Positions 51,116-59,795 of a stretch of 64,000 bases of DNA are shown in pieces. The stretch lies in assembly GCA_038046345.1 (NCBI GenBank), contig JBBSWJ010000005.1, forward strand, positions 24,784 to 88,783, in the 5' to 3' direction. Each line of letters starts with the position of its first letter. Position 1 is the first letter of the stretch. Under the pieces are notes generated by a model. That model was not told the origin of the DNA, made no database searches, and saw nothing but the letters and a program-made list of their open reading frames with translations. The position numbers and the translations under genes are program-made. Source of the stretch: Nanobdellota archaeon. GTDB taxonomy: Archaea; Nanobdellota; Nanobdellia; SCGC-AAA011-G17; JACPNG01.

Positions 51116-53902
51116 TTATAATTCTTTTATACCCTTTCTATCTTTTATTTGTTTTCTTATTTTATCTTGCAATGATTCAGGCAGCTTCTCATACATTTGG
51201 TCTACCACAAAATAGCTACCCCGGCCACCAGTAGCGGATCTTAAGTCGCTGCTTAATCCAAACATTTCACCAACAGGTAGCTTGCATTTAACGGTCATTT
51301 GTACTCCCTCTTGTTGCACTTCTAACAATTGCCCTCTTTTATTTTGTATTAATTTAGATACATCTCCTAAATAATCACTAGGCGCTCCAATATGTAATTC
51401 CTGTACTGGCTCATAAATATATGGTTTTCCTGTTAGTATAGCCTCTCTTATCCCCTCTCTTACAGCGGGGTATACCTGGGCTGGCCCACGATGTATTGCA
51501 TCTTCATGTAATTTCATATCAGTAACTCTTACTTTCATCTTCATTGTTGGTTCTTTTGCAAGTATTCCAGCATCGCAAACCTGTTCAAAACCATCTATTA
51601 CTAATTCTATTACTTCACCTATCTGAACTATACCACGAGTGTCATCAACTAATAAGTTTCCCTTGTATATATCCCTATATTTCTTCGCGTCTTTTAAGAT
51701 AACTCCTTTCTCTTCTAATTTTTTAAATGTATCAACATCCTTTTTTTTAAGCCTGCCATCAGGTATTTCTCCGTCCCTCATTAATTGATAAATCTCATCT
51801 TCTAAAGGTTCAACAATAAAAAAGAATTTATTATGTTTATTTGGGGATTTTCCTTCTTTTTCTTCAGATACCTTGGTTACCGCTTCTCTGTACACAACAA
51901 TAGGCGGGCTTGTCCTTACTTGCAAACCTTTTTCTGTTTTTATCCTATTCTCAATAACTTCTAAATGTAGTTCGCCCATTCCAGAAATTAAGTTTTCTCC
52001 TGTCTCCTCATTAATTTCGATTGTTATTGTTGGATCCTCTTTGTTTACTTGCTTTAGTACTTCAACAAGTTTTGGCAAGTCAGCAGGAGATGTTGCTTCA
52101 ATACTTTTTGTAACAACCGGGTCAAATATATGTTTTATTGCTTCAAACGGTTCCATTTCTTCAGATGCAATTGTCTCTCCAGCAAACACATTTTTTAACC
52201 CCACTAAACCTACAATATTACCAGCAACTGCTTTTTCAACGGTTACTCTTTGAGCTCCTTTGTATATCGATACCTGTTGTATTCTAATCTTTCTTTTTGC
52301 ATTGATCATATATGCATCATCGCCCTGTCTTACAGTTCCAGAGAATAATCTACCAGCCGTTACTTCTCCTGCATGTTTATCAATAACAATTTTTGTTGCT
52401 ACAAAAGCAGTCGGACCATTAGGATTACAGTTTACTAATGACTTTCCAATTTCAGAATCTAAATCTCCATGCCATATTTTTGGCACTCTGTATTTCTGAG
52501 CGTCTACAGGGTTTTTATGGTGTGCTATTACCATCTCGAGGACAACTTCATGCAATGGCGCTTTTTTTGCTATACCCTTCCATTCATCATTTTCATATGC
52601 TTTTATAACATCTTTAAAGCTCAGCCCATTTCTTAGCATATAAGGAGCAGATAACGCCCAATTATGAAATGCAGATCCAAATGCTACACTCCCATCTTTA
52701 ACATGAACTAACCATTTTTCTTTAAATTCTTCTGGGGCTACACTCTGTATGAACTTGTTTATCTCAGTTATTATTTTCACAAATCTTTCTTGCATTGCTT
52801 CAGGTGTTAGTTTTACTTCTTTTATTAAACGATCAACTTTGTTTATGAATAATACTGGCTTGACTCTTTCTCTTAACGCTTGACGCAACACGGTTTCTGT
52901 TTGAGGCATTATACCTTCTACTGCATCACATAATACTATTGCCCCGTCTACAGCTCTCATCGCTCTTGTTACATCTCCTCCAAAGTCTACATGCCCGGGC
53001 GTGTCAATTAGATTTATTAGAAAATCTTTTCCATTAATTACGTGAACCATAGATACATTTGCTGAATCAATTGTGATCCCGCGTTCTTGTTCATCTGCGT
53101 GGAAATCCAAAGCTAATTGTTTTCCAGCTAACTCTTGTGACATCATCCCGGCTCCTGCCAATAAATTATCTGAGAATGTTGTATTATGGATCACCATTCC
53201 CTCAGCAACAAAATTATGATTGTCTGCAACTGTAAAATCGTATACCATATCTTTCTGTGTTATCTCTTTTGAATTAACCTCACAGTACATAATATCTTCA
53301 CTTAATATTTTATTCTCTTGGATTAATATTTGTCCATTATTCTCTATTTTTTCTTTATAACCACTTAATGAGATTGATATTGCATCTTTTTGGTGCGGCC
53401 AACTTTTCATGCAAACTACAAGATCCTTCAATTCTAATTCTCTTGCTTCTTTATAACAAAAGTCACGTGCGAGCCTATCCAAAACTAAATAACGATGTTC
53501 TGGTGTTGTTTCAATTGAGCTGCCATTTTTTAATTTTATTTTTATTAGTTCACCGCCAGTTAATTTCCAAGCAAGGCTGATTAGTTTCTTTTCTATTTTC
53601 CCTGAATCTTTATTTAATGATAATACCTTAACACATTGGCTTGTAACATCATAAACAACATGACCATTCTTTTTTTCAAATAGTTTTCCATTTTTTATGA
53701 TCTTATCAAATAGCTTCTCTGCCTGTATAACTGAGCTATCACCTAAAATAATTCTAGACTCACCAGAAATACATTTCCCATGATATCGTTCTATGAAGGG
53801 TTAACTCGATAGAAAATCGATATGGGCGCATATAGCTATATTTCTGATTTGTTCCGGTTCATTCATTAATTTAACAACTTTTTCTGCTATCTTATCCGCC
53901 AT
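51116..53902 (-). CDS. fusA: translation elongation factor aEF-2, interrupted by a 33-nt BHB intron and a 197-aa mini-intein
   Basis: Exon 1 (53902..53816) encodes MADKIAEKVVKLMNEPEQIRNIAICAHID. Exon 2 (53782..51116) starts HGK, continues through the intein, then TTFSDNLLAGAG...DTPGHVDF...NKVDRL...HEDAIHRGPAQ. The lengths are 87 and 2667 nt and both are in frame. The predicted mature protein is about 720 aa. Confidence 0.85.
53183..53773 (-). mobile_element. mini-intein (197 aa) inserted after the P-loop GK of aEF-2
   Basis: Starts CISGESRIILGD (block A). It has ETTPEHRY (block B, TxxH) and ends VAEGMVIHN, followed by the +1 Thr of the extein (TTFSDN). Confidence 0.8.
53783..53815 (-). other. 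33-nt BHB intron within the aEF-2 coding sequence (contains an in-frame TAA)
   Basis: RNA 53826->53777: CCCAU-AUCG-AUU-UUCUAU-CGAGUUAACCCUUC-AUAGAA-CGAU-AUC-AUGGG. All three helices are perfectly Watson-Crick, with two 3-nt bulges separated by 4 bp. Excision restores AHID|HGK. Confidence 0.75.
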
Positions 53903-54314
53903 AGCTTAACTATTCATAATGATGACTTTTTAAGTTTTTCTGAATAACAAAATATTGCGTTGTCTTGGCTTACAGAATACTTTAGCTACTATTAGGCATC
54001 CAACCTAATATTGCTTGAAGGCCAAAAAGATTATTGTTCATATTTAGTACAGATTTGTACATTTAATGAACTATGTAAATGTTTTGTAGAAACAATTACT
54101 GCAGGCGTTAATGGCAAAACCAAATAACCATAAGAAGATATATTCGTTTCAAAGAGGAAAATTTTATATCTCCATAATAGGGGAGTTTCTTGCTTCAGGA
54201 AAAACTGCCACTTGCTAGTCTCTAAAATTACATTAGTTTTAAGTAAAGCAGTGGGGTAATTAGACAATACTATTTTAATTTCTAATGTCAAGAATTTACA
54301 AAAAATCATCAGTT

Positions 54315-54611
54315 CTAAATCTTTATTCCATGTTTTAAATTTTTTTGAAAGTCTTCCACTTGATTAAGATCAACATCTACAAATATTCCTTCATACTTAC
54401 ATCTCACACATCTCTTCACAGGTCTAGCAAACTGATGCCCCCATAGGATTTCAGAATTCTTTGATGAATCACCGCAATTAGGGCATAATGATATGTATAA
54501 CCATCGCATTACATCTTTGCTTCTTGTTTTACGAAAAAAAATATACCAACCTATTAAAGCAAGTATAACAGCTATAATCGCTATCATTACAACCACTTTA
54601 AGTAATTCCAT
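54315..54611 (-). CDS. small membrane-anchored zinc-ribbon protein
   Basis: Has an N-terminal TM followed by CPNCGD...CVRCKYEG. Confidence 0.45.
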   Translation of the reverse strand: MELLKVVVMIAIIAVILALIGWYIFFRKTRSKDVMRWLYISLCPNCGDSSKNSEILWGHQFARPVKRCVRCKYEGIFVDVDLNQVEDFQKNLKHGIKI

Positions 54612-54720
54612 CGTGGCTTATTTTGTTTAACTACCTTATAAAATTAGCCAATGAATAAAGTCATTACTGGATAATAGTCAATATCAAAAGTATTAAAAAC
54701 CATGAAAACTAGAACAAACC

Positions 54721-55338
54721 ATGATAAACCGTGAAGCTGCATACTACATCAAGAGGGCTATTAGAACGGGAGGAGTATCCCCTAAGCTTGAGGAATTAAG
54801 AGGGCATCATCCTCCATCATTAGTTCATTCATTTATTGTGAGTTATACAACAGCACAAATTGGATTAATAGCAGGATACAGTCCATCAGATATAAAATTC
54901 GCTGTATTATGTGCTTTATTACATGATGTCGGCAAATACAGAATACCAGAAGCCATACTTTCAAGCCCGAAAAAACTAACCACCAAAGAAAGATATACTA
55001 TCAACCACCATCCACGTCATGGTCATAACATTCTAGTTGGCTTTGATCGAGATGTTGCAACAGTTGCTGCAGCGCATCATGAACCGTTCATAGACGGTTA
55101 CCCAAGAAAGGAAAGAAGATCAAACCAAGATGGGCTTAGACACACAATTGAATCAGTTGGTCTTGTTGATGTAATAGCAGCTCTTACAGAACCACCCAGA
55201 ATCAGACCATATCGCGGGATACCATTCACCCCAACAGAAACAATAGGCTTGTTAAAAGAAAAATTTACTGGAGACCCAACACTCATAGATGTAGCAGAAC
55301 GTTTAATGGCCATGAGAAAAACAAGACTCCAACTATAA
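54721..55338 (+). CDS. HD-GYP-like HD-domain phosphohydrolase
   Basis: Has LLHDVGKYRIP, NHHPRHG and AAHHEPFIDGYPR (compare HHExxDGxGYP). Its GC content is higher than its neighbours. Confidence 0.7.
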   Translation: MINREAAYYIKRAIRTGGVSPKLEELRGHHPPSLVHSFIVSYTTAQIGLIAGYSPSDIKFAVLCALLHDVGKYRIPEAILSSPKKLTTKERYTINHHPRHGHNILVGFDRDVATVAAAHHEPFIDGYPRKERRSNQDGLRHTIESVGLVDVIAALTEPPRIRPYRGIPFTPTETIGLLKEKFTGDPTLIDVAERLMAMRKTRLQL

Positions 55339-56514
55339 TCTAAGACTAGTAAATTTATGTTCGTATTTCTTACAAAAATGTAACGGATCCTGAATTACCT
55401 CACCGCTATAAGGCTTTAATTCTGTTTTATCAAATTTTTCAACGTAATCTTTTGGTAATCCCGGGCATATTTTTTTTAAAGAACACTCGCTGCATGGTTT
55501 AAGATGTTTATAATAATGTAATTGCCTGTATGTTGATAACACTTCATTAAATTTTGTGTATAATCCTCTTTTATTGTAACGAGGTGCTCTAAATGGATAA
55601 ACTACTAAGCCAGCTATGAACGCTCCAACAACTGGAAAAATTCCTAGATTATGTTTAATATTAAGATACGGATCCCATTCCTTATCTTCATACATCTTTT
55701 GCCACATGGTTCTTACATGTTCTTCATGGCCTTTTAGCATACAGTATGGCATCCATCTTACATTAATAACTTTAAACTGATCTTTATACTTTTGTATAGA
55801 CTTTGATAAAGCATCACCTATCTGATTATAATTTGCAAATCTTACTTTTTCATCGCTGGTGTTAGTTGCTTCTTGGGATGGATTAAAAACTAACAAATTA
55901 ACTTCAGATGGGGCATATGGTTTAATTTTTTCAAATAATTTATCACAATGCTCAAAGTTAAGGTTCGTTATAGTCATGTTAAATCTTAGTTCAACCTCTT
56001 TTCTTTTTGATATGTTATCAACAGCTTTCCAAATTCGATCAAACGAACCAGAAATATTCACAAGATTTTCATGTTCTTCTTTTGTTGTTCCATGAGTTGA
56101 AAAGAGAATATCATTTAACCCTGCATCTACTAAACTGTTTGCATATTTTTCATCTGCCAATCGAATACCATTAGTAATTATGCATATTTTTACAAAACCA
56201 ATATCTTTAGCATACTTTATTATTTCTAATAAGTCCGGCCTTATTGTTGGTTCACCACCAGATATGTCTACTTGATCAATTCCAAGAGACTTTGCTTCCC
56301 TGAATCTTGATTTTACTTCATTAGTTGAAAAATCTTTTGTTGTTTGGGCTTTTATTGAATCAAGATAATAACAAAAACTGCATCTTGCATTGCATGCAAA
56401 TCCCATTTGCATCACAAATCTTCTTGTGCTTCTTCTAACTATATCTTTTGTCCCATCACCGCGTATCTTTTCTATAAGTGGCACAATTTTTTGTTTTCTT
56501 TTATAGATCTTCAT
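55333..56514 (-). CDS. radical SAM protein with a C-terminal Cys-rich (SPASM/twitch-like) region and an internal hydrophobic segment
   Basis: Has the CNARCSFC CxxxCxxC cluster, a GGEPT SAM motif and the C-terminal CSECSLKKIC. It also has the hydrophobic stretch GIFPVVGAFIAGLVVYPF. Confidence 0.75.
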   Translation of the reverse strand: MKIYKRKQKIVPLIEKIRGDGTKDIVRRSTRRFVMQMGFACNARCSFCYYLDSIKAQTTKDFSTNEVKSRFREAKSLGIDQVDISGGEPTIRPDLLEIIKYAKDIGFVKICIITNGIRLADEKYANSLVDAGLNDILFSTHGTTKEEHENLVNISGSFDRIWKAVDNISKRKEVELRFNMTITNLNFEHCDKLFEKIKPYAPSEVNLLVFNPSQEATNTSDEKVRFANYNQIGDALSKSIQKYKDQFKVINVRWMPYCMLKGHEEHVRTMWQKMYEDKEWDPYLNIKHNLGIFPVVGAFIAGLVVYPFRAPRYNKRGLYTKFNEVLSTYRQLHYYKHLKPCSECSLKKICPGLPKDYVEKFDKTELKPYSGEVIQDPLHFCKKYEHKFTSLRL

Positions 56515-56564
56515 TTTGCTTGATAATACCCATTAAAGTAGTAATATAAATGTATTTCTCTTAG

Positions 56565-57377
56565 TTAATAATGTGGTGGTGGAGCACTATGTGTCTTGGT
56601 GACTGGGATAGTCTCCTGCATAGCTAAGTCTGCAAAGAAAACTATTGCCCATCTTGCTATTCCATCAGAATATGGCTTACTATTTATTTGTATAACATCA
56701 TGCCATGCTTGCGGTAGAAATCCTCCTTCAGTTGCATCAGGGAAAGTACATGCCGGCATGAATATTGCTTTTCCATCATGATGCTCTATCATTGTTTTAG
56801 GCCCATCCTTTGATCCGATTCTTAAACCAGGTGTACTTTCTGCTATTGCAATTGTTATTCCGCCACTATCAATATGATTTGTTGCAATATATTCTCCTTT
56901 AGTCTCAGGATCATAAGCAATAAATCTTAAAAAAAATCTTGGATAGATAGAATCATCATAGAATTTATCTCTGATAGCCGGATATTTAAAACTTAACGCA
57001 GATAATATCCTATTAAGTGTTATACATGATTCTTGATAAATTTGCTTAGCATGCCTTAAAAATGGATCAGCCCTGCCATCTTGTATAGCAATTTTATCTT
57101 CTAATAATGGTGAATAATGAAACAGTCTTTTGTTATCATAATGGCCCTTACGTTTTTTTCTTCTTACATAACCTATTTCTCCATTTTTGCTATCATGCGG
57201 TACATTAGGATGCCATAAAAACATATCAAAAAGTAAATGTTCAGGTATATCTAAAAAACCAATAAACGCATCTGCTGCTTTTTTTAGTTGATCACCTGGA
57301 ATACCAAAATCAACCATAGCATAACATTTTTCCCTGGTTTCTTTTACAATATATTCAAAAAGCTCTCTACCCTCCAT
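56565..57377 (-). CDS. 2-oxoglutarate/Fe(II)-dependent oxygenase (IPNS-like fold)
   Basis: Has the HxD motif in ATNHIDSGG, a distal His in QAWHDV and RWAIVFF (Rx-S/A-like). Confidence 0.65.
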   Translation of the reverse strand: MEGRELFEYIVKETREKCYAMVDFGIPGDQLKKAADAFIGFLDIPEHLLFDMFLWHPNVPHDSKNGEIGYVRRKKRKGHYDNKRLFHYSPLLEDKIAIQDGRADPFLRHAKQIYQESCITLNRILSALSFKYPAIRDKFYDDSIYPRFFLRFIAYDPETKGEYIATNHIDSGGITIAIAESTPGLRIGSKDGPKTMIEHHDGKAIFMPACTFPDATEGGFLPQAWHDVIQINSKPYSDGIARWAIVFFADLAMQETIPVTKTHSAPPPHY

Positions 57378-57460
57378 AGTATTTACAAGCTGCCTTAAAG
57401 TTTATAATTATTACTACAGCCCAACTAAAAATTTATAACCATTATTCATTAATTAAAATC

Positions 57461-58024
57461 ATGAAAAAAGTATCCCAAAAATTGTTTGAAGGTGATGCCT
57501 TGGATATTGCCAGAAATATGTTAGGTAAAGTCATTGAATATGATGGTTGTTCGGGCATGATCGTTGAATCTGAAGCTTATAAATCAGATCCAGCATCACA
57601 TGCATATAAGATTACACCTAGGAGTGAGATTATGCTTACAACTTATGGAAATATTTATGTTTACCTGATCTACGGAATGTATTTTTGTTTAAACATAACC
57701 ACTAATAAAGAAGCAATCGGGGCAGTTTTAATTCGTGCTATTGAACCACTGAGTGGCATTAAAAAGATGGAATCAAGAAGGAGAACCAAAAACATTCTCA
57801 ATCTTACTTCTGGTCCAGGCAAACTATGTCAAGCATTAAATATTTCTAAGGGTTTGAATAATACTAAAGTTAATGATAGTATTAAAATTTTTAATTATAA
57901 AGAATTTAAAGATAATCAAATAACATCATCTAAGAGGATTGGTATTAGCAATGGAAAAGATTTAGACTGGAGATTTTTTGTCAGTGGTAATAAATTTGTA
58001 AGTAAAAATCACCAAAAACTTTAA
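57461..58024 (+). CDS. mpg: DNA-3-methyladenine glycosylase (MPG/AAG family)
   Basis: Has ESEAYKSDPASHAY, GNIYVYLIYGMYFCLNI and GPGKLCQALNI. Confidence 0.85.
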   Translation: MKKVSQKLFEGDALDIARNMLGKVIEYDGCSGMIVESEAYKSDPASHAYKITPRSEIMLTTYGNIYVYLIYGMYFCLNITTNKEAIGAVLIRAIEPLSGIKKMESRRRTKNILNLTSGPGKLCQALNISKGLNNTKVNDSIKIFNYKEFKDNQITSSKRIGISNGKDLDWRFFVSGNKFVSKNHQKL

Positions 58025-58049
58025 TAGATGTAATTCTTGTTTATAGCTT

Positions 58050-58274
58050 ATGGGTATAACTGAGGTTCTAATCATTGCATTGGTAAGCATAATTATTTAT
58101 GAGTTCTTTAAACGAATGATTACATTTAAGCTTGTTGTTCTTGTATTACTTATGATCATTATTAGTTTTCTTATTTTAACCGGTAAGATAAGCGACTTCT
58201 TTTCAGATGTGGTGGGACCAACTTCTGCAGCAGTTATAGACACTGTTAAATATGCCCTGTCTGGATTAGTTTAA
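58050..58274 (+). CDS. small 2-TM membrane protein
   Basis: Hydrophobic ORF. No recognisable motif. Confidence 0.35.
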   Translation: MGITEVLIIALVSIIIYEFFKRMITFKLVVLVLLMIIISFLILTGKISDFFSDVVGPTSAAVIDTVKYALSGLV

Positions 58275-58958
58275 TACTACCTTTGGGCTGCTATCTATCT
58301 CTAATTTTTTTATGGTTCCATCGATGGTTAATATTAAACTTTCCATAAACAATGAACCACTGTATCTGCTCACTCTTGTTTCTTCGCCTTCTACTTCAAA
58401 ACTACCGCTTTTATCAACATCTAATGAGCCTACAGGCATAAAAGTAAAGGATTCTACATCAATTTGTGGTATCTTTAAAGTGTTTATATTAAGTATTGTT
58501 GAGATCTTTAATGTATCTAATTCTTTTGCTAATTCTCCATCATTTAACACAACATTCTGTACCTTTCCGTCCAACTGCAAAGTTCCAACCTCGCTTAGTT
58601 TTATTGGTCCATCATACCCAAATAATATTAATTTAGAATCTTTAGGAGCTCTAATATTAAAATCATCTAATAACAGATTCCCGCCGCCATTTTTTAACAT
58701 CACCTCTAATGTTATACCTTCCCCTCTTAATTCCAGCTTAGGCAATGATATTTGAGCATGCAAACCAAATGGCTCTTTATTTTCATAACTATCACCAGTT
58801 ATACCAACAACCATTCCAGTGATTACATTATCACTATCTGTTATTGAAGAATACACAAACAATCCTACCACTCCTAATACTACAATTATTAAAAACACTT
58901 TAAAATCCCTTCTAAGTCTGTATCCCAATGGTACTTGATTTTGTTGAGGGTATGGCAT
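58266..58958 (-). CDS. hypothetical N-terminally anchored extracellular protein
   Basis: ORF with a single N-terminal TM. Confidence 0.5.
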   Translation of the reverse strand: MPYPQQNQVPLGYRLRRDFKVFLIIVVLGVVGLFVYSSITDSDNVITGMVVGITGDSYENKEPFGLHAQISLPKLELRGEGITLEVMLKNGGGNLLLDDFNIRAPKDSKLILFGYDGPIKLSEVGTLQLDGKVQNVVLNDGELAKELDTLKISTILNINTLKIPQIDVESFTFMPVGSLDVDKSGSFEVEGEETRVSRYSGSLFMESLILTIDGTIKKLEIDSSPKVVLN

Positions 58959-59033
58959 TTAATTTCATAACAGGTTCCGTATATATAAAAACTTTCCGGT
59001 ATTTTTTTAAATGTGTAACATTACTGTTTAACA

Positions 59034-59525
59034 ATGGAAAATAGGGAAGAGCTTATTTTATCAATTAAGCAGTCACGAAAAACATATTTATTTGAATATC
59101 TAGCTGGTTTTATTATTCTTGGTATGTTACTTATTTTTTACAAGTACAACATTAAGATTAATGATAGCATATTTTATTTTTTGATTATTGTTAGTATTGC
59201 TGCTATTCTTTATCCAGAATTTGACAGAAACTTTATTATCCCAAGGTATAAAATCACTGATAAAAAGATTTCTATCATTACTGGTGTTATTAAACAATCT
59301 GTAAAAAATATTCATTTTCTTCCTTTAGGTTTTATCCCAGAGATCAACCTATCACAAGATAGGCTACCTCATCTATTGAATTATGGTACTATTTCTATCA
59401 ATTCAGGTAATGATTATTTTAAGATCAAGAATATTGATAATCCGAAGAATGTTATGGGCCTTATTGAAGAGCTCATAGAATCAAATAGAATGAGTATGTC
59501 AAGTAATTCTAAAATTGAAAAATAA
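59034..59525 (+). CDS. membrane protein with a bacterial PH (bPH_2/YdbS-like) domain
   Basis: Has two N-terminal TMs followed by YKITDKKISIITGVIKQSVKNIHFLPLG...YGTISINSG. Confidence 0.5.
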   Translation: MENREELILSIKQSRKTYLFEYLAGFIILGMLLIFYKYNIKINDSIFYFLIIVSIAAILYPEFDRNFIIPRYKITDKKISIITGVIKQSVKNIHFLPLGFIPEINLSQDRLPHLLNYGTISINSGNDYFKIKNIDNPKNVMGLIEELIESNRMSMSSNSKIEK

Positions 59526-59657
59526 TAAATTATAACATTAATTAAGCTAGAATATCAGAATAATATTGTACCAACTATATGGTAACAAACAATAGGAAGG
59601 TATTTAAACAGCAAAAACGACTACTTTTCAGTGGATATCCTTATCCAGTAAAAGCTG

Positions 59658-59795
59658 ATGGAACAAAAAAACAAAAGAAAAGAAATAATCTGTGAGAACT
59701 GCGGTGCTATTTACCTATCTGAAAACATCCCGCATAATCTACAGTGTACTTGCGAAAACACAATATTCCATTTTACAAACGAAGTACCTGCCTAA
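59658..59795 (+). CDS. possible small Cys-rich (zinc-ribbon-like) protein, 45 aa
   Basis: Own translation: MEQKNKRKEIICENCGAIYLSENIPHNLQCTCENTIFHFTNEVPA. An imperfect palindrome lies upstream. Support is weak. Confidence 0.3.
   Translation: MEQKNKRKEIICENCGAIYLSENIPHNLQCTCENTIFHFTNEVPA

Noticed and set aside
53919-53946. ATGATGA ... CTGA (C box / D box-like) upstream of aEF-2.
   Set aside because: The boxes are only 14 nt apart, with no second C'/D pair and no terminal stem. The region is better explained as the EF-2 promoter area (TTAAAAAG-like box ~23 nt from the ATG on the minus strand).
54031-54309. 92-aa minus-strand ORF in the 410-nt gap upstream of aEF-2. The gap was also checked for SRP RNA, RNase P or other structured RNA.
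   Set aside because: The ORF has no coding character. I found no extended helices or conserved RNA motifs by eye, so the gap remains unexplained.
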